A stretch of DNA of 64,000 bases from an uncultured Chlorobiales bacterium (lineage in GTDB: Bacteria > Bacteroidota > Chlorobiia > Chlorobiales > Thermochlorobacteraceae): the NCBI GenBank assembly GCA_938003965.1, contig CALKXI010000026.1:3963-67962 (forward strand), written 5' to 3'. Positions within the stretch are counted from its first letter, which is position 1. Each line of letters begins with the position of its first letter. Under the pieces are notes generated by a model. It had not been told where the DNA came from, made no database searches, and saw only the letters and a program-made list of their open reading frames with translations. The position numbers and the translations under genes are program-made. Positions 27,295 through 36,640 of this stretch are shown piece by piece.

Positions 27295-28461
27295 ATGAAA
27301 TTTCTCACGCTTGTTTCTTCCGCTCTGCTCTCACTTCTTTTGGCTTGCACTGAGCCTCAAAAATCGCCACAACAAGAACGCACGAGTAATTTTGCTTCGC
27401 CAAATACGCTTTACGCACAGAACAAACTCGATGACGTTTCAAACTCTCGCCACAACGCTATCACAAAGGCTGTTGCGATTGCAAGCCCTGCCGTCGTTGG
27501 CATTAACGTGACCGAAATTCGTGAATTTCAATACTACGACCCCTTCGCTGACCCTTTCTTTGATTACTTCTTCGGCGGCCGACGCAGGCAGTCACCAAAA
27601 GTCCAACAAGAAGTCAAAAGTTTGGGTTCGGGATTCCTAATTTCTCCTGATGGCTATATCGTCTCGAATTCACACGTCATTGGCAATGCCGCAAAGGTTG
27701 TGGTTACCTTGACCGACGGCACGAAGCACGATGCGAAAATCATTGGCACTGACGACCTGACCGACATTGCACTTCTCAAAATCGACGGCAATAATTTTCC
27801 TTACCTCAAACTTGGCAATTCGGACGATGTGATTGTCGGCGAGTGGGTCATTGCACTCGGCAACCCGTTCGGATTGTTTGACATCAACGATAAACCGACT
27901 GTAACCGTTGGCGTGATTAGCTCGGTTGGATTAAACTTTCCTAACCTTGACGGACGCTCGTATCGCGGCATGATTCAGACCGATGCGGCAATCAACAGTG
28001 GCAATTCAGGCGGCGCGCTCGTCAATGCCAATGCAGAAGTTATCGGCGTGAACACGTTCATTTACACAGGCGGCGGACAAGGCAATATCGGCATTGGCTT
28101 CGCGATTCCGATTAATCGCGTTAAACAAATCACCGACGAACTGCGTCGCTTCGGCAAAATTGACCGCTCGTTCAAAACAGGCATTTCCGTTCAAGGCTTG
28201 AATCGCGGGCTGGCACGCTACTTCGGCGTGAGCGAAGAGATGTCAGGCGTCGTGATTACGAATATTGAGAAACGCTCCGCGGGCGACAAAGCAGGCTTGA
28301 AAGTTGGCGACATCATCGTTGAAGCCAACGGCGTTGCCATTTCCACCGAACAAGATTTAATCAACACGGTGCGCGAAATGCGCGCAGGCGATATTCTTCG
28401 CCTCAAAATTTTCCGCGACCGTCGATACATTACTGCCGAAGTCAAACTCGAGAAAACTTGA
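27295..28461 (+). CDS. HtrA/DegP-family periplasmic serine protease with one PDZ domain
   Basis: Lipoprotein-like signal (LLSLLLACTE), catalytic His/Asp/Ser context (SNSHVI; DIALLKI; GNSGGALVN) and a PDZ domain (GVVITNIEKRSAGDKAGLKVGDIIVEANG). The track ORF starts at 27214; I prefer the ATG at 27295. Confidence 0.9.
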   Translation: MKFLTLVSSALLSLLLACTEPQKSPQQERTSNFASPNTLYAQNKLDDVSNSRHNAITKAVAIASPAVVGINVTEIREFQYYDPFADPFFDYFFGGRRRQSPKVQQEVKSLGSGFLISPDGYIVSNSHVIGNAAKVVVTLTDGTKHDAKIIGTDDLTDIALLKIDGNNFPYLKLGNSDDVIVGEWVIALGNPFGLFDINDKPTVTVGVISSVGLNFPNLDGRSYRGMIQTDAAINSGNSGGALVNANAEVIGVNTFIYTGGGQGNIGIGFAIPINRVKQITDELRRFGKIDRSFKTGISVQGLNRGLARYFGVSEEMSGVVITNIEKRSAGDKAGLKVGDIIVEANGVAISTEQDLINTVREMRAGDILRLKIFRDRRYITAEVKLEKT

Positions 28462-28468
28462 TTTGACA

Positions 28469-29322
28469 ATGCTGAAAACGAACCTCACCATTTCAGAATT
28501 TAGAAGCGCGTATCGAAGATTCAACTTCCTCACCTGAAAAAAGTTCGTTTCTGCTCGAGCTAGCTTGGAAATTGAAAAATTCAGAACCGCATCGTGCGCG
28601 CACCCTTTGCGATGAGGCTCTTCGTCTCCTTGCTGGATTCCCCTCGCCACGCGATTACGCTATCGCTCATCTTATTCTTTGCGTTGCAAACTGGCGACTC
28701 AATTTGTACGCTGATGCCATTCGCTTCGGCACTCAGAGCCTTTTTCAATTTGAATCCATTCACGACACACTTGGCATCGCTCACGCCTGCCAAAACATTG
28801 CTATTTGTCATTACTTTCTTGGTGATTACGAGCGCGCGCTTTTCTTCTACAACAAAAGCCTGCATTCTTTTACTGACATCAGCGACCTCGTGGGCATTTC
28901 TAATACGCTAAACAACATCGGGATTATATCATCGGTTTGGAAATTTGGAAGAACGACTTGCGCACTTTAAGAAAAGTCTTGAGATTCAGCAGAAGAGTAC
29001 TTCGGCAGAAATTGCGGCGACAACGAACATCGGCATCATCTATAAAGATTTGCACGACCGTCCAACAGCAATTGCTCACTACGAAAAAGCACTTGCTCTT
29101 TGTGAGCAACACAACAATTTCTTGCAACGATTTCTTGCATAAAGGGGCGGTGCTCTATAACCTAAGTATGCTTTATGTCAATATGTAACAATATGATAAA
29201 GTTCTTGAATACCTGCAGCGTAGCCTCTCAATTTTTACAAGCACTGGCGACCGCTATGGCGAAGGGTTGGTTTTTCTTAGCCTGGGACGTGCATTTTCGC
29301 AACGCACTTCTTCGAGAGATTA
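28469..29322 (+). pseudogene. Decayed TPR-repeat gene (at least three frameshifts and one in-frame stop; no output domain)
   Basis: A continuous TPR-like reading exists only by hopping frames: MLKTNLTISEFRSAYRRFNF | SPEKSSFLLELAWKLKNSEPHRA...NNIGII | YHRFGNLEERLAHFKKSLEIQ...CEQHNNF | ...KGAVLYNLSMLYVNM*QYDKVLEYLQRSLSIF... The TAA at 29186-29188 sits where a sense codon is expected. Confidence 0.75.
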
Positions 29323-29667
29323 GCCTTTGAGAGTGAGTTGCGGATACAACGTTTCATCAAGGTCTAATTCCATTCGGAGCAATGCGGCGGCAAAGGTTTT
29401 TCCTTGTGCATCAAGTTTGAGCGACTTTGTGCCGCCGCCGCCAAGCGCATTGTGTAAGAGAAAGTTTAACGCGCCGATGTTCGGTAACTCATAGCGCTCG
29501 ACTTTTCCAAGCACCATTTCGCCAAAGTGTTTTTTAACGCGCTCTGCTGTTAGTTCCGCTCTTAAAATCTCATAGTATTCAGGCTTGCGCGCAATAATGC
29601 CGACATTGACGCTGTCACCCTTGTCTCCACTTCTGCCATGCGCTAATGAAAAGAGTTGAAGTTTCAT
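29320..29667 (-). CDS. Stand-alone AtuA C-terminal (ferredoxin-fold-like) domain protein
   Basis: LAHGRSGDKGDSVNVGIIARKPEYY..L...LTAERVKKHF......V.RYELPNIGALNFLL...LGGGGTKSLKLDAQGK matches the remembered C-terminal region of AtuA/DUF1446 proteins. Confidence 0.65.
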   Translation of the reverse strand: MKLQLFSLAHGRSGDKGDSVNVGIIARKPEYYEILRAELTAERVKKHFGEMVLGKVERYELPNIGALNFLLHNALGGGGTKSLKLDAQGKTFAAALLRMELDLDETLYPQLTLKG

Positions 29668-29690
29668 CGGTGAGTTTTCTTGTTTGCAAA

Positions 29691-30647
29691 TTAGTTGCGC
29701 AAAATATATTGCACTTTTTCAGGCGAAAGCCTGCGCAGTTCCAATCCCTTTGGATATTTGACGATTGGCATAATATAGCCCGTTGTATCGCTCAGGAGTT
29801 TTTCGCCGTCAATAATCACGGCAAGGCTTTCGGCTCTGACTTTGGCCAAATCGCTTACAGCTCCGCTTAATGTTACATTCACTCGGCTTGGAATCAGCGT
29901 TACATACACAGGACGCTTTGATTTGACAAGCGAGACAGGCACATCTGAAAATTCGCTCTCTGAAAGTTGCTCCGCCACACCACTCACCTTGACTTTGCTC
30001 ACACTTCGCGTTACGATTTCTTTCAAAGTATCTTCAAGCGGTAACTCGAGTTGAAACAGATTCGCAAGTTCTTGCTTGTTTGGAACGATTGCTTTCCAGA
30101 ATGTAATCGGCTCGACAATACTGCGCGCGCCTGACACTGTTACGCTTTCTGGCTGAATCTGAATGTTCGGGCGAATCACGAAGCCAGATTGCGGAATCAG
30201 CGGCGTCGCCAAGCGAATCGGCACGCGCTTTGTGATTTTTTCATCGAGCTCTAAACCCAACACTCGTGGCTCTACTTCCAAAACTTTCATTCCTTCGGGA
30301 AATGGTTTTATGTATTGCGACGCCTTCGCAAGCGTTTCAATCTCTAAAACATCTTTCTGCACTTCGTTGCTCAAATCAATTACCCACTCCGTTCGTCCTA
30401 AATAAAGCGAGAGAATTTTCCATCCTTCCGACTCGAGTTTCACTTCAACGCGCGCGGGGTAATCACCTTTGACGGTTCGTGAAGCATTTTCTGTTTTCAG
30501 CACAACGGGCAAGGAAATCACGGCAGTGTATCGCTTCGTCATTGCGACAAAAAACCATATCAGCAATGCGAAAAACAGCGACCCCATAATTGCAGGAATG
30601 CGTCTCAAAAACGGCAGTATGTGAAATATTGATGTTTGCGTTGCCAC
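29691..30647 (-). CDS. YbbR-like domain-containing membrane-anchored protein
   Basis: N-terminal TM helix (IMGSLFFALLIWFFVAM) followed by repeated beta-rich YbbR-type modules (...VPV.L....V..V.P..V.V.G...). Confidence 0.6.
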   Translation of the reverse strand: MATQTSIFHILPFLRRIPAIMGSLFFALLIWFFVAMTKRYTAVISLPVVLKTENASRTVKGDYPARVEVKLESEGWKILSLYLGRTEWVIDLSNEVQKDVLEIETLAKASQYIKPFPEGMKVLEVEPRVLGLELDEKITKRVPIRLATPLIPQSGFVIRPNIQIQPESVTVSGARSIVEPITFWKAIVPNKQELANLFQLELPLEDTLKEIVTRSVSKVKVSGVAEQLSESEFSDVPVSLVKSKRPVYVTLIPSRVNVTLSGAVSDLAKVRAESLAVIIDGEKLLSDTTGYIMPIVKYPKGLELRRLSPEKVQYILRN

Positions 30648-30797
30648 GCTTTCAAGTAAATCTGCTTTTGAAAAAATACGGCTTTTTGCTTGTCTTGACC
30701 ACTCACCATTTTGTCTTAAACTTTACACCCTTGTTTATTTCAGCAATCGTGCTCCCTCGCCCACTGTTTGCAAGCGAGGGATTTTCGTTCAACCATT

Positions 30798-33215
30798 CTA
30801 CAACCCTGCGCGCAAGGCAATTACAAAATTTCTTCCTAATGCCACAAGCCCTGAACTATACGGACGATAGCGCACATCCGTCAAATTCTCTACGCCTGCC
30901 GTAATCGTGAAGTTCTCTTCAAAGCGATACAAGGCTTTGAGATTGAGCGTTAGCCACGCGGGCGAAAAGGGTTTGCCGTTTTCATCTTTGGCGTAAATCT
31001 GCGGTTTGAGCCGCTCCTCGACGTTCAAGTTTTCAAAACTCACTTCCCCGCTATACATTGCATAAACTTGCAAATCTAATTTGCGACTTGAGTATGTGAG
31101 ACGTGTTACGCCAAACCAAGGCGCGGCGTGGCGCGCGCGACTCTTTGTGCCATCGTCCATTTCTTCGTTGCCAATTTGATAATTGAATCGCGACGAAAGT
31201 CCAAAGCCTGCGGGCAGTTTCAACTCAACGCCGGCTTGAACGCCATAAACATCGGCAAACGCCGCGTTTTGAATCGCTTGAACGCGGCTTTGCACATTGT
31301 TGTAAAGAATCGAATCTTGCCCGTTGAACTGAAAATCTCTGCGCACGAGGGCGTTATCGAGATAGGTGTAATAGCCTGTCAGTTCTACGCGCGCAAGGTC
31401 GTTGAAAGTTTTGCTGATAGCGAGTTCAGCGTTGTAGGCATATTCCGCACCGAGATTCGGATTCGGAACGATGACGATATTTTGTGGCTGGTCAAAAATT
31501 TTTCCAATGTCGTCTACATTTGGCGCACGAAATCCTGTCGACAAATTTGCACTGATATTCCAACTTTCGTCAGGCGTGAAGACTGCGCCTAAACTGCCTG
31601 TCAATGCGCCGCTTCGCACTTCCGCCGATGTGAATTGAAACGGAAAGAATTGAAGATTGCGCGTGAAGTCGGAGTTAATTACAAAGTAGTTGTATCGCGC
31701 GCCCGCTTGAACCAAAAACTTTTCTGACGCTCGCAGTTGATAGTTCAGATACCCCGCGTAAGATGACCAATCCGACTGCGGATAACGGTCAGGCACGGCT
31801 ATCGGATTATTGTTGCGAATGTCAATCGCTGAGCCACGCGACCTCACATCGTTGCGCACGATTTCCACACCGTAAAAAATTTGCTGTGTGCCAAATGATT
31901 TATTGAAGTCAAGGTTGAGCGAATAGGCGTCAACTTCTTCGAGTTGTGTGCGCAGGCGGAATCGTCCGCCACCCGAAAAGGGTCGGTCAATTCGGCTTTC
32001 TTGGAAGTATTGATAAGCAAGTCGAAGCGTGGCAAGGTCGTAGAGTGCGTTCTCGCTTTTGTGAGTGATGGAAGCATTGTGCATCGTCCATTTTTGCGGA
32101 CCGTAGTTCCACACAGCACTTCGCGGCAAGCCATTTGCGAGTTGTTCAATGAGCCGGTCGTAGCGCGCGTATTCGGAGGTTTCAGAGAAGTGAAAGCCGT
32201 ATTGCAGTTCCCACGCGGCAGTTGGCGCGTAACGCACTTTTTGCATCAAGTTAATTTGATTGTAATGGTTTGGCGTTTGCACGAGCGGGTCGTTGTTCGT
32301 AATCACTCTGTCAACGCTATCAATGCGCTGAACGAAGAACGGGCGGAGGTATTCTTGCCGACCAATGCGTCCCATTCTTGGGTCTCCGAAGTCGCTGTAT
32401 GTGAGGCTGGTGAGCAAGGCAAGATTTTTCCAACCGATGTTCAAGTGAAAGTGCCCGACTTGCTCTTCATTGGCAGAAGAAAATCGCACCAAGCCTTTGC
32501 CTGTAACAAAAGGCTCATCGTAGAGCGAGAATTGCGGCGTCAAGGTTTGAAAGTTCATTACGCCGCCGATTGCGTCGCTACCGTAAATGATTGAGCCCGG
32601 TCCGAAGAAGACTTCGGTGTTTTCAATCGCGAGCGCGTCAAGTGAAATGACTTGTTGGAGATTGCCGCCACGAAAAATCGCTGTGTTCATTCTCACGCCG
32701 TCAACGGCATAAAGCAGGCGGTTGGTTGAAAAGCCACGAATCATTGGACTGCCGCCGCCCTGTTGGCTTTTCTGAACGAAGACTTCGCCCGATTGTCCGA
32801 GCATTTCCGCCGCCGTTTGCGGATTGAGCAACGCCACATCTTTCGGCGTAATGGTTGTGATTTTATTCGGCACATCGCGCTTTTCTTGATTCCATCGCGT
32901 TGCACTTACCACAATTTCATCTGTTGAAATTTGCGATGGCGATAAATACACCACGCTGTTTTCGCTTGCAATTTCGTCGTATCGCTTTTCAGTTCGACGG
33001 TATCCAATCAAGCGAAATTCAATTTTTTCCGCGCCTTTGAACGCTGAAATATCGACTTGTCCGTTTTTGTTGGTTGCCGTCAAGGCTTTGGGCAATGCGC
33101 TGAAAATGCGCACGAGTTCGAGCGGTTGCCCTGTTTCACGGTCTTTGACGGTTATGACTTGCCCGACAAGCACTGCAGGCATCAAGAGAAAAAGGAAAAT
33201 GAAAATTCGGTTCAT
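30798..33215 (-). CDS. TonB-dependent outer-membrane receptor with an N-terminal carboxypeptidase-regulatory-like domain
   Basis: Signal peptide, a CarbopepD_reg-like segment (VITVKDRETGQPLELVRIF...NGQVDIS), a plug (DEIVVSATRW...GGGSPMIRGF) and a beta-barrel with a C-terminal ...NLTDVRYRPY...VIALRAGL. Confidence 0.9.
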   Translation of the reverse strand: MNRIFIFLFLLMPAVLVGQVITVKDRETGQPLELVRIFSALPKALTATNKNGQVDISAFKGAEKIEFRLIGYRRTEKRYDEIASENSVVYLSPSQISTDEIVVSATRWNQEKRDVPNKITTITPKDVALLNPQTAAEMLGQSGEVFVQKSQQGGGSPMIRGFSTNRLLYAVDGVRMNTAIFRGGNLQQVISLDALAIENTEVFFGPGSIIYGSDAIGGVMNFQTLTPQFSLYDEPFVTGKGLVRFSSANEEQVGHFHLNIGWKNLALLTSLTYSDFGDPRMGRIGRQEYLRPFFVQRIDSVDRVITNNDPLVQTPNHYNQINLMQKVRYAPTAAWELQYGFHFSETSEYARYDRLIEQLANGLPRSAVWNYGPQKWTMHNASITHKSENALYDLATLRLAYQYFQESRIDRPFSGGGRFRLRTQLEEVDAYSLNLDFNKSFGTQQIFYGVEIVRNDVRSRGSAIDIRNNNPIAVPDRYPQSDWSSYAGYLNYQLRASEKFLVQAGARYNYFVINSDFTRNLQFFPFQFTSAEVRSGALTGSLGAVFTPDESWNISANLSTGFRAPNVDDIGKIFDQPQNIVIVPNPNLGAEYAYNAELAISKTFNDLARVELTGYYTYLDNALVRRDFQFNGQDSILYNNVQSRVQAIQNAAFADVYGVQAGVELKLPAGFGLSSRFNYQIGNEEMDDGTKSRARHAAPWFGVTRLTYSSRKLDLQVYAMYSGEVSFENLNVEERLKPQIYAKDENGKPFSPAWLTLNLKALYRFEENFTITAGVENLTDVRYRPYSSGLVALGRNFVIALRAGL

Positions 33216-33304
33216 CGGTAAAATGAAGTTTAAGTTTCGATAACAGTTTCCTCTGCTTCGCTTCTGCGAAGAATGAAAGGGTTAAGTAAGTTCAGTTGTT
33301 GGAA

Positions 33305-33880
33305 TTAAGCGAAGGAAGAACTGAATGACGGAGGCTTTTTGATTTTTTGAGGCGCGATAAATTCATACTGAACCCACTGTGTGTAAAACCTGCGCAAGGA
33401 TTCCGAAGGCTTGAGCCAAAGTTCGGTTTCACTTTGCATCACAAGGGATTTGAGCAGTTGATAGCACAGCGATTCGCGTTTTTGTTGTTCAGGTGTGCTA
33501 CTTGTGGCTTGTGCAATCAGCGTTTTGAGGCGTTGGTTGAGTTTCGTTTCGGCTTTATCGTGCCAACAGACATAGTGAATTGAATCGCCTTTGACTTCGG
33601 TTTCTACGACATCATACATTTCGCCTTTGTATTCAAACTCTTTATGGTGTTCCCAACGCAGGTCGGTTTTGGCTTGTGCTTTGGAGAAGATGAAGTGCGT
33701 CAGTTCGGATTTATCGAGTTCGCGAATGAGTTTGGCTTTGACTTCTTTTTTGATGAGCCGTTTTTGAATGTGAAGCCAAAGGTAAGTGGCACTGAACGGC
33801 ACAAATAGCGAGATAAGCACAAGAAGCGCAACCGTTGCCTGAAAGCGTTTGCGAGCAGTTGGTGATAGCACTTTCGTCAT
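33305..33880 (-). CDS. Membrane-anchored hypothetical protein
   Basis: I prefer the Met at 33880 (MTKVLSPTARKRFQATVALLVLISLFVPFSATYLWL). One TM helix, then a soluble domain with the EFEYKGEMYDVVE...CWHDKAE motif. Family not recognised. Confidence 0.6.
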   Translation of the reverse strand: MTKVLSPTARKRFQATVALLVLISLFVPFSATYLWLHIQKRLIKKEVKAKLIRELDKSELTHFIFSKAQAKTDLRWEHHKEFEYKGEMYDVVETEVKGDSIHYVCWHDKAETKLNQRLKTLIAQATSSTPEQQKRESLCYQLLKSLVMQSETELWLKPSESLRRFYTQWVQYEFIAPQKIKKPPSFSSSFA

Positions 33881-33884
33881 GCGC

Positions 33885-34559
33885 TTACAGTTTGAATACA
33901 AGTCCGATACTGAACACAAAGGAGACGAAAGAAAGCGTCGGCAGTTGGTTGTCAATTACCGATGATTTCGTTTTGGCTTCGCCTGTCAAGCCCGCGCGCA
34001 CGCCTGCATTGAGCGTTGTTGTAAAAAGCGAACTGAGCGGCAATCCGAACGAGAGTTCAGAGTGAGCGGCAACACCTGTTGCAGAGTAGGTATTCGTTTC
34101 AGATACAGCACGAATATTTTCCCGAATTGAGCCGAAAAGCATACCTGCGCCAACTGTGAATTTGACCAGCGCGCCATCTTTGAACGGTTGAATTGGCACA
34201 AAGGCAATCGCGACCGAAGGAATGAGCCACGTAGCAGAAAGTTCCGCAGGCAATCCGAAGCCGATGCGCGTGTCGAGTTGTTCCGACGTGCGTTTGTAGA
34301 GAAAGTCGCCGCCGATGAAGAATTTATCGTTCAGTCGGTAGAGTGCGGTGGCTGAAATATCAAGCGTTTGCAAGAGGTCGGGACTGCGTCGGTTGCGCAA
34401 GACTTCGCTCCAATCAAGGTAAGTCGGGGCAAGCGTGCCCGCGATGCCTGCTTTGGCGTCGATGAGAATGGTTTGTGCGCTTACCCGCGTGTTCAACAAG
34501 AGCAGTGAACAACAGAGCATTGCGGCAAGCACAAAACCGTGTTTCAAGATGCGCATCAA
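33885..34559 (-). CDS. Putative outer-membrane beta-barrel protein
   Basis: Signal peptide (FVLAAMLCCSLLLLNTRVSAQT), an alternating beta-strand pattern and an aromatic/hydrophobic C-terminus (...SIGLVFKL). 4-nt overlap with the dnaG stop. Confidence 0.65.
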   Translation of the reverse strand: MMRILKHGFVLAAMLCCSLLLLNTRVSAQTILIDAKAGIAGTLAPTYLDWSEVLRNRRSPDLLQTLDISATALYRLNDKFFIGGDFLYKRTSEQLDTRIGFGLPAELSATWLIPSVAIAFVPIQPFKDGALVKFTVGAGMLFGSIRENIRAVSETNTYSATGVAAHSELSFGLPLSSLFTTTLNAGVRAGLTGEAKTKSSVIDNQLPTLSFVSFVFSIGLVFKL

Positions 34560-36463
34560 TAAAGACCGATTAGCGATTTTATAGTTTGGTCGAATTCGGC
34601 TTCGGCGTCGCGCTTGGCTTTGACAAGGCGGTTGCGCTCGGTGATGAGCGTGCCGATTTTTTCCGCGTCCGATTCGCGTTGAATAGCTTTGATGTTTTCA
34701 AGCAGTGCGTCGTCATAATTTTGCAAGATGATTTTTTTCGTAGCATCTAAAAACGCCATCAAGCACCGACGCGCATAAATGCTGGGGCTTTCGGGTTGCC
34801 ATCGCTCCGATATGGCTTCATCAATCAGCAATCCTGAAATGTAATTTCTCACGTCCTCGTCGTTCAAATAGTTCAATTCGTTTGTTACCTCAAATGCGGT
34901 TTGTTTGTCATGCGCCTCGTAGCGTTCAAGCAGAAATCGTGCGATTTTTTCCGTCCATTCGTGCTTGAAGGTTAAAAGGCTCAAGTTTTCTTTGACGAAC
35001 TCCAACACCTCGCTTCCGTGATAAAGGCTTTCAAGGAGTGCTTTCAGAAATGTGCGTTCCGCGACCGACGGAAGCGATTGCTTTTCAGACGTGTGCGCGG
35101 GCGGGGCTTGCTCTTTTGGAATCGATAAAATTTTGGCGGGCGTGGCGCGTTTCGGGGTTTCGCGTCCCAAAACTTTCTCGAGTTCATTTTGAAGCGTCAG
35201 AAATGCTACATCAAGTTTTTGAGCAAGGGATTTCAGATAAACTTCGCGTGCGAGTTCATCTTGAATTTTGGCAATGGTTGAGACAAGGTCGCGAATGGAG
35301 GCTTGCGTTTGCTCTTCGCTTGCGAAGCCGTCAGAGCTTTTGAGAACATCGATTTTGAAATCGAGAAACGACGTTTTGTGTGCGTTGGCATATTTCAAAA
35401 ATTCGTCGCCGCCGACTTTTTGGACGTAACTGTCGGGGTCTTCGTTATCGGGCAGGAACAGCACTTTGGGCGAAAGCCCTTGCTCGAGAATGAGGTCAAT
35501 GCCGCGCATCATGGCTTTAATGCCGGCTTTATCGCCGTCGTAAATGAAGAGCACATTTTTCGTAAGCCGTCCGATAAGTCGCACTTGTTCGGGCGTGAGC
35601 GAAGTGCCGCTCGAGGCTACGGCAGTTTTAATTCCTGCTTGGTGCAAGGAAATGACGTCCATGTAGCCTTCAACCAAAATCGCTTCGTCTTTTTTGCGAA
35701 TTTCATCGCGGGCGAAGTTGAAGGCATAAAGCACTTCCGACTTGTGGTAAAGTTTTGTTTCGGGCGAGTTGATATACTTGGGCGAGTTTTTTTCATCGCC
35801 AATCAAGCGTCCGCCAAACGCAATCACTTTTCCTGCGGGTGAAAAAATCGGAAACATCACGCGGTTGCGAAACACATCGTAATGCTTTTCGCTTTTTTCG
35901 CTTTTGGCAATCAAGCCGAATTCTTCGAGCAGATTGAGCGACTTGCCGTCTTTCTGTGCTTCCTCGCAAAGCCGATTCCATGCGTCAGGCGCGAAGCCTA
36001 ATCCAAATTTGGAAATGGTTTCTTTGAGCACGCCACGATTGAGAAAGTAATCCAGCCCTGCTTTGCCTTCTTTGGTGTTGAGGTTGGTGTGAAAAAATTT
36101 TGCCGCCCACGCCATGAGTTCATATTCTTCGCTTTGTTTATCGTCGGGCTTGGCAGATTTGCGCTCGTATTGCGAGAGGTCGATTCCGACTTTTTTCGCG
36201 ACCCATTTGACGGCGTCGATGAACGGCAGTTTTTCCATTTCTTGAACGAAGGTAAAGACATTGCCGCCCTTGCCTGTCGAGAAGCACTTGTAGATTTGTT
36301 TTTCGGGAGAGACATAAAACGAGGGCGTTTTTTCGCTTGGGTTGAACGGCGAGATGGCTTTGTAATTGCGACCTGACGGCAGAAGGCGCACATAGTCGGA
36401 GACGATATCGACAATATCGGCAGTGCGGCGGATTTCATCGATTTTTTCTTCGGGCAAACGCAT
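34556..36463 (-). CDS. dnaG: DNA primase
   Basis: N-terminus IDEIRRTADIVDIVSDYV...EKTPSF...GKGGNVFTF and a TOPRIM region (ILVEGYMDVISLHQAG...LFIYDGDKAG). Zinc-ribbon ligands are mostly substituted (see findings). Confidence 0.9.
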   Translation of the reverse strand: MRLPEEKIDEIRRTADIVDIVSDYVRLLPSGRNYKAISPFNPSEKTPSFYVSPEKQIYKCFSTGKGGNVFTFVQEMEKLPFIDAVKWVAKKVGIDLSQYERKSAKPDDKQSEEYELMAWAAKFFHTNLNTKEGKAGLDYFLNRGVLKETISKFGLGFAPDAWNRLCEEAQKDGKSLNLLEEFGLIAKSEKSEKHYDVFRNRVMFPIFSPAGKVIAFGGRLIGDEKNSPKYINSPETKLYHKSEVLYAFNFARDEIRKKDEAILVEGYMDVISLHQAGIKTAVASSGTSLTPEQVRLIGRLTKNVLFIYDGDKAGIKAMMRGIDLILEQGLSPKVLFLPDNEDPDSYVQKVGGDEFLKYANAHKTSFLDFKIDVLKSSDGFASEEQTQASIRDLVSTIAKIQDELAREVYLKSLAQKLDVAFLTLQNELEKVLGRETPKRATPAKILSIPKEQAPPAHTSEKQSLPSVAERTFLKALLESLYHGSEVLEFVKENLSLLTFKHEWTEKIARFLLERYEAHDKQTAFEVTNELNYLNDEDVRNYISGLLIDEAISERWQPESPSIYARRCLMAFLDATKKIILQNYDDALLENIKAIQRESDAEKIGTLITERNRLVKAKRDAEAEFDQTIKSLIGLY

Positions 36464-36640
36464 TGTCTACTTTCAAATTCGTTTTATGGACGGACGTTTG
36501 ACGTGCAAGAAGTTAGCGAAAAAACAGCGAGAGCAAAATCACGGTGTTGTTTCATCGCCGATGCAAATTTTTTGCGACAGTGTAACCAAAGTAGCAGATT
36601 CGTTCAAGGACTTTGACGATATTTGTTAAAAAGTAATTGG

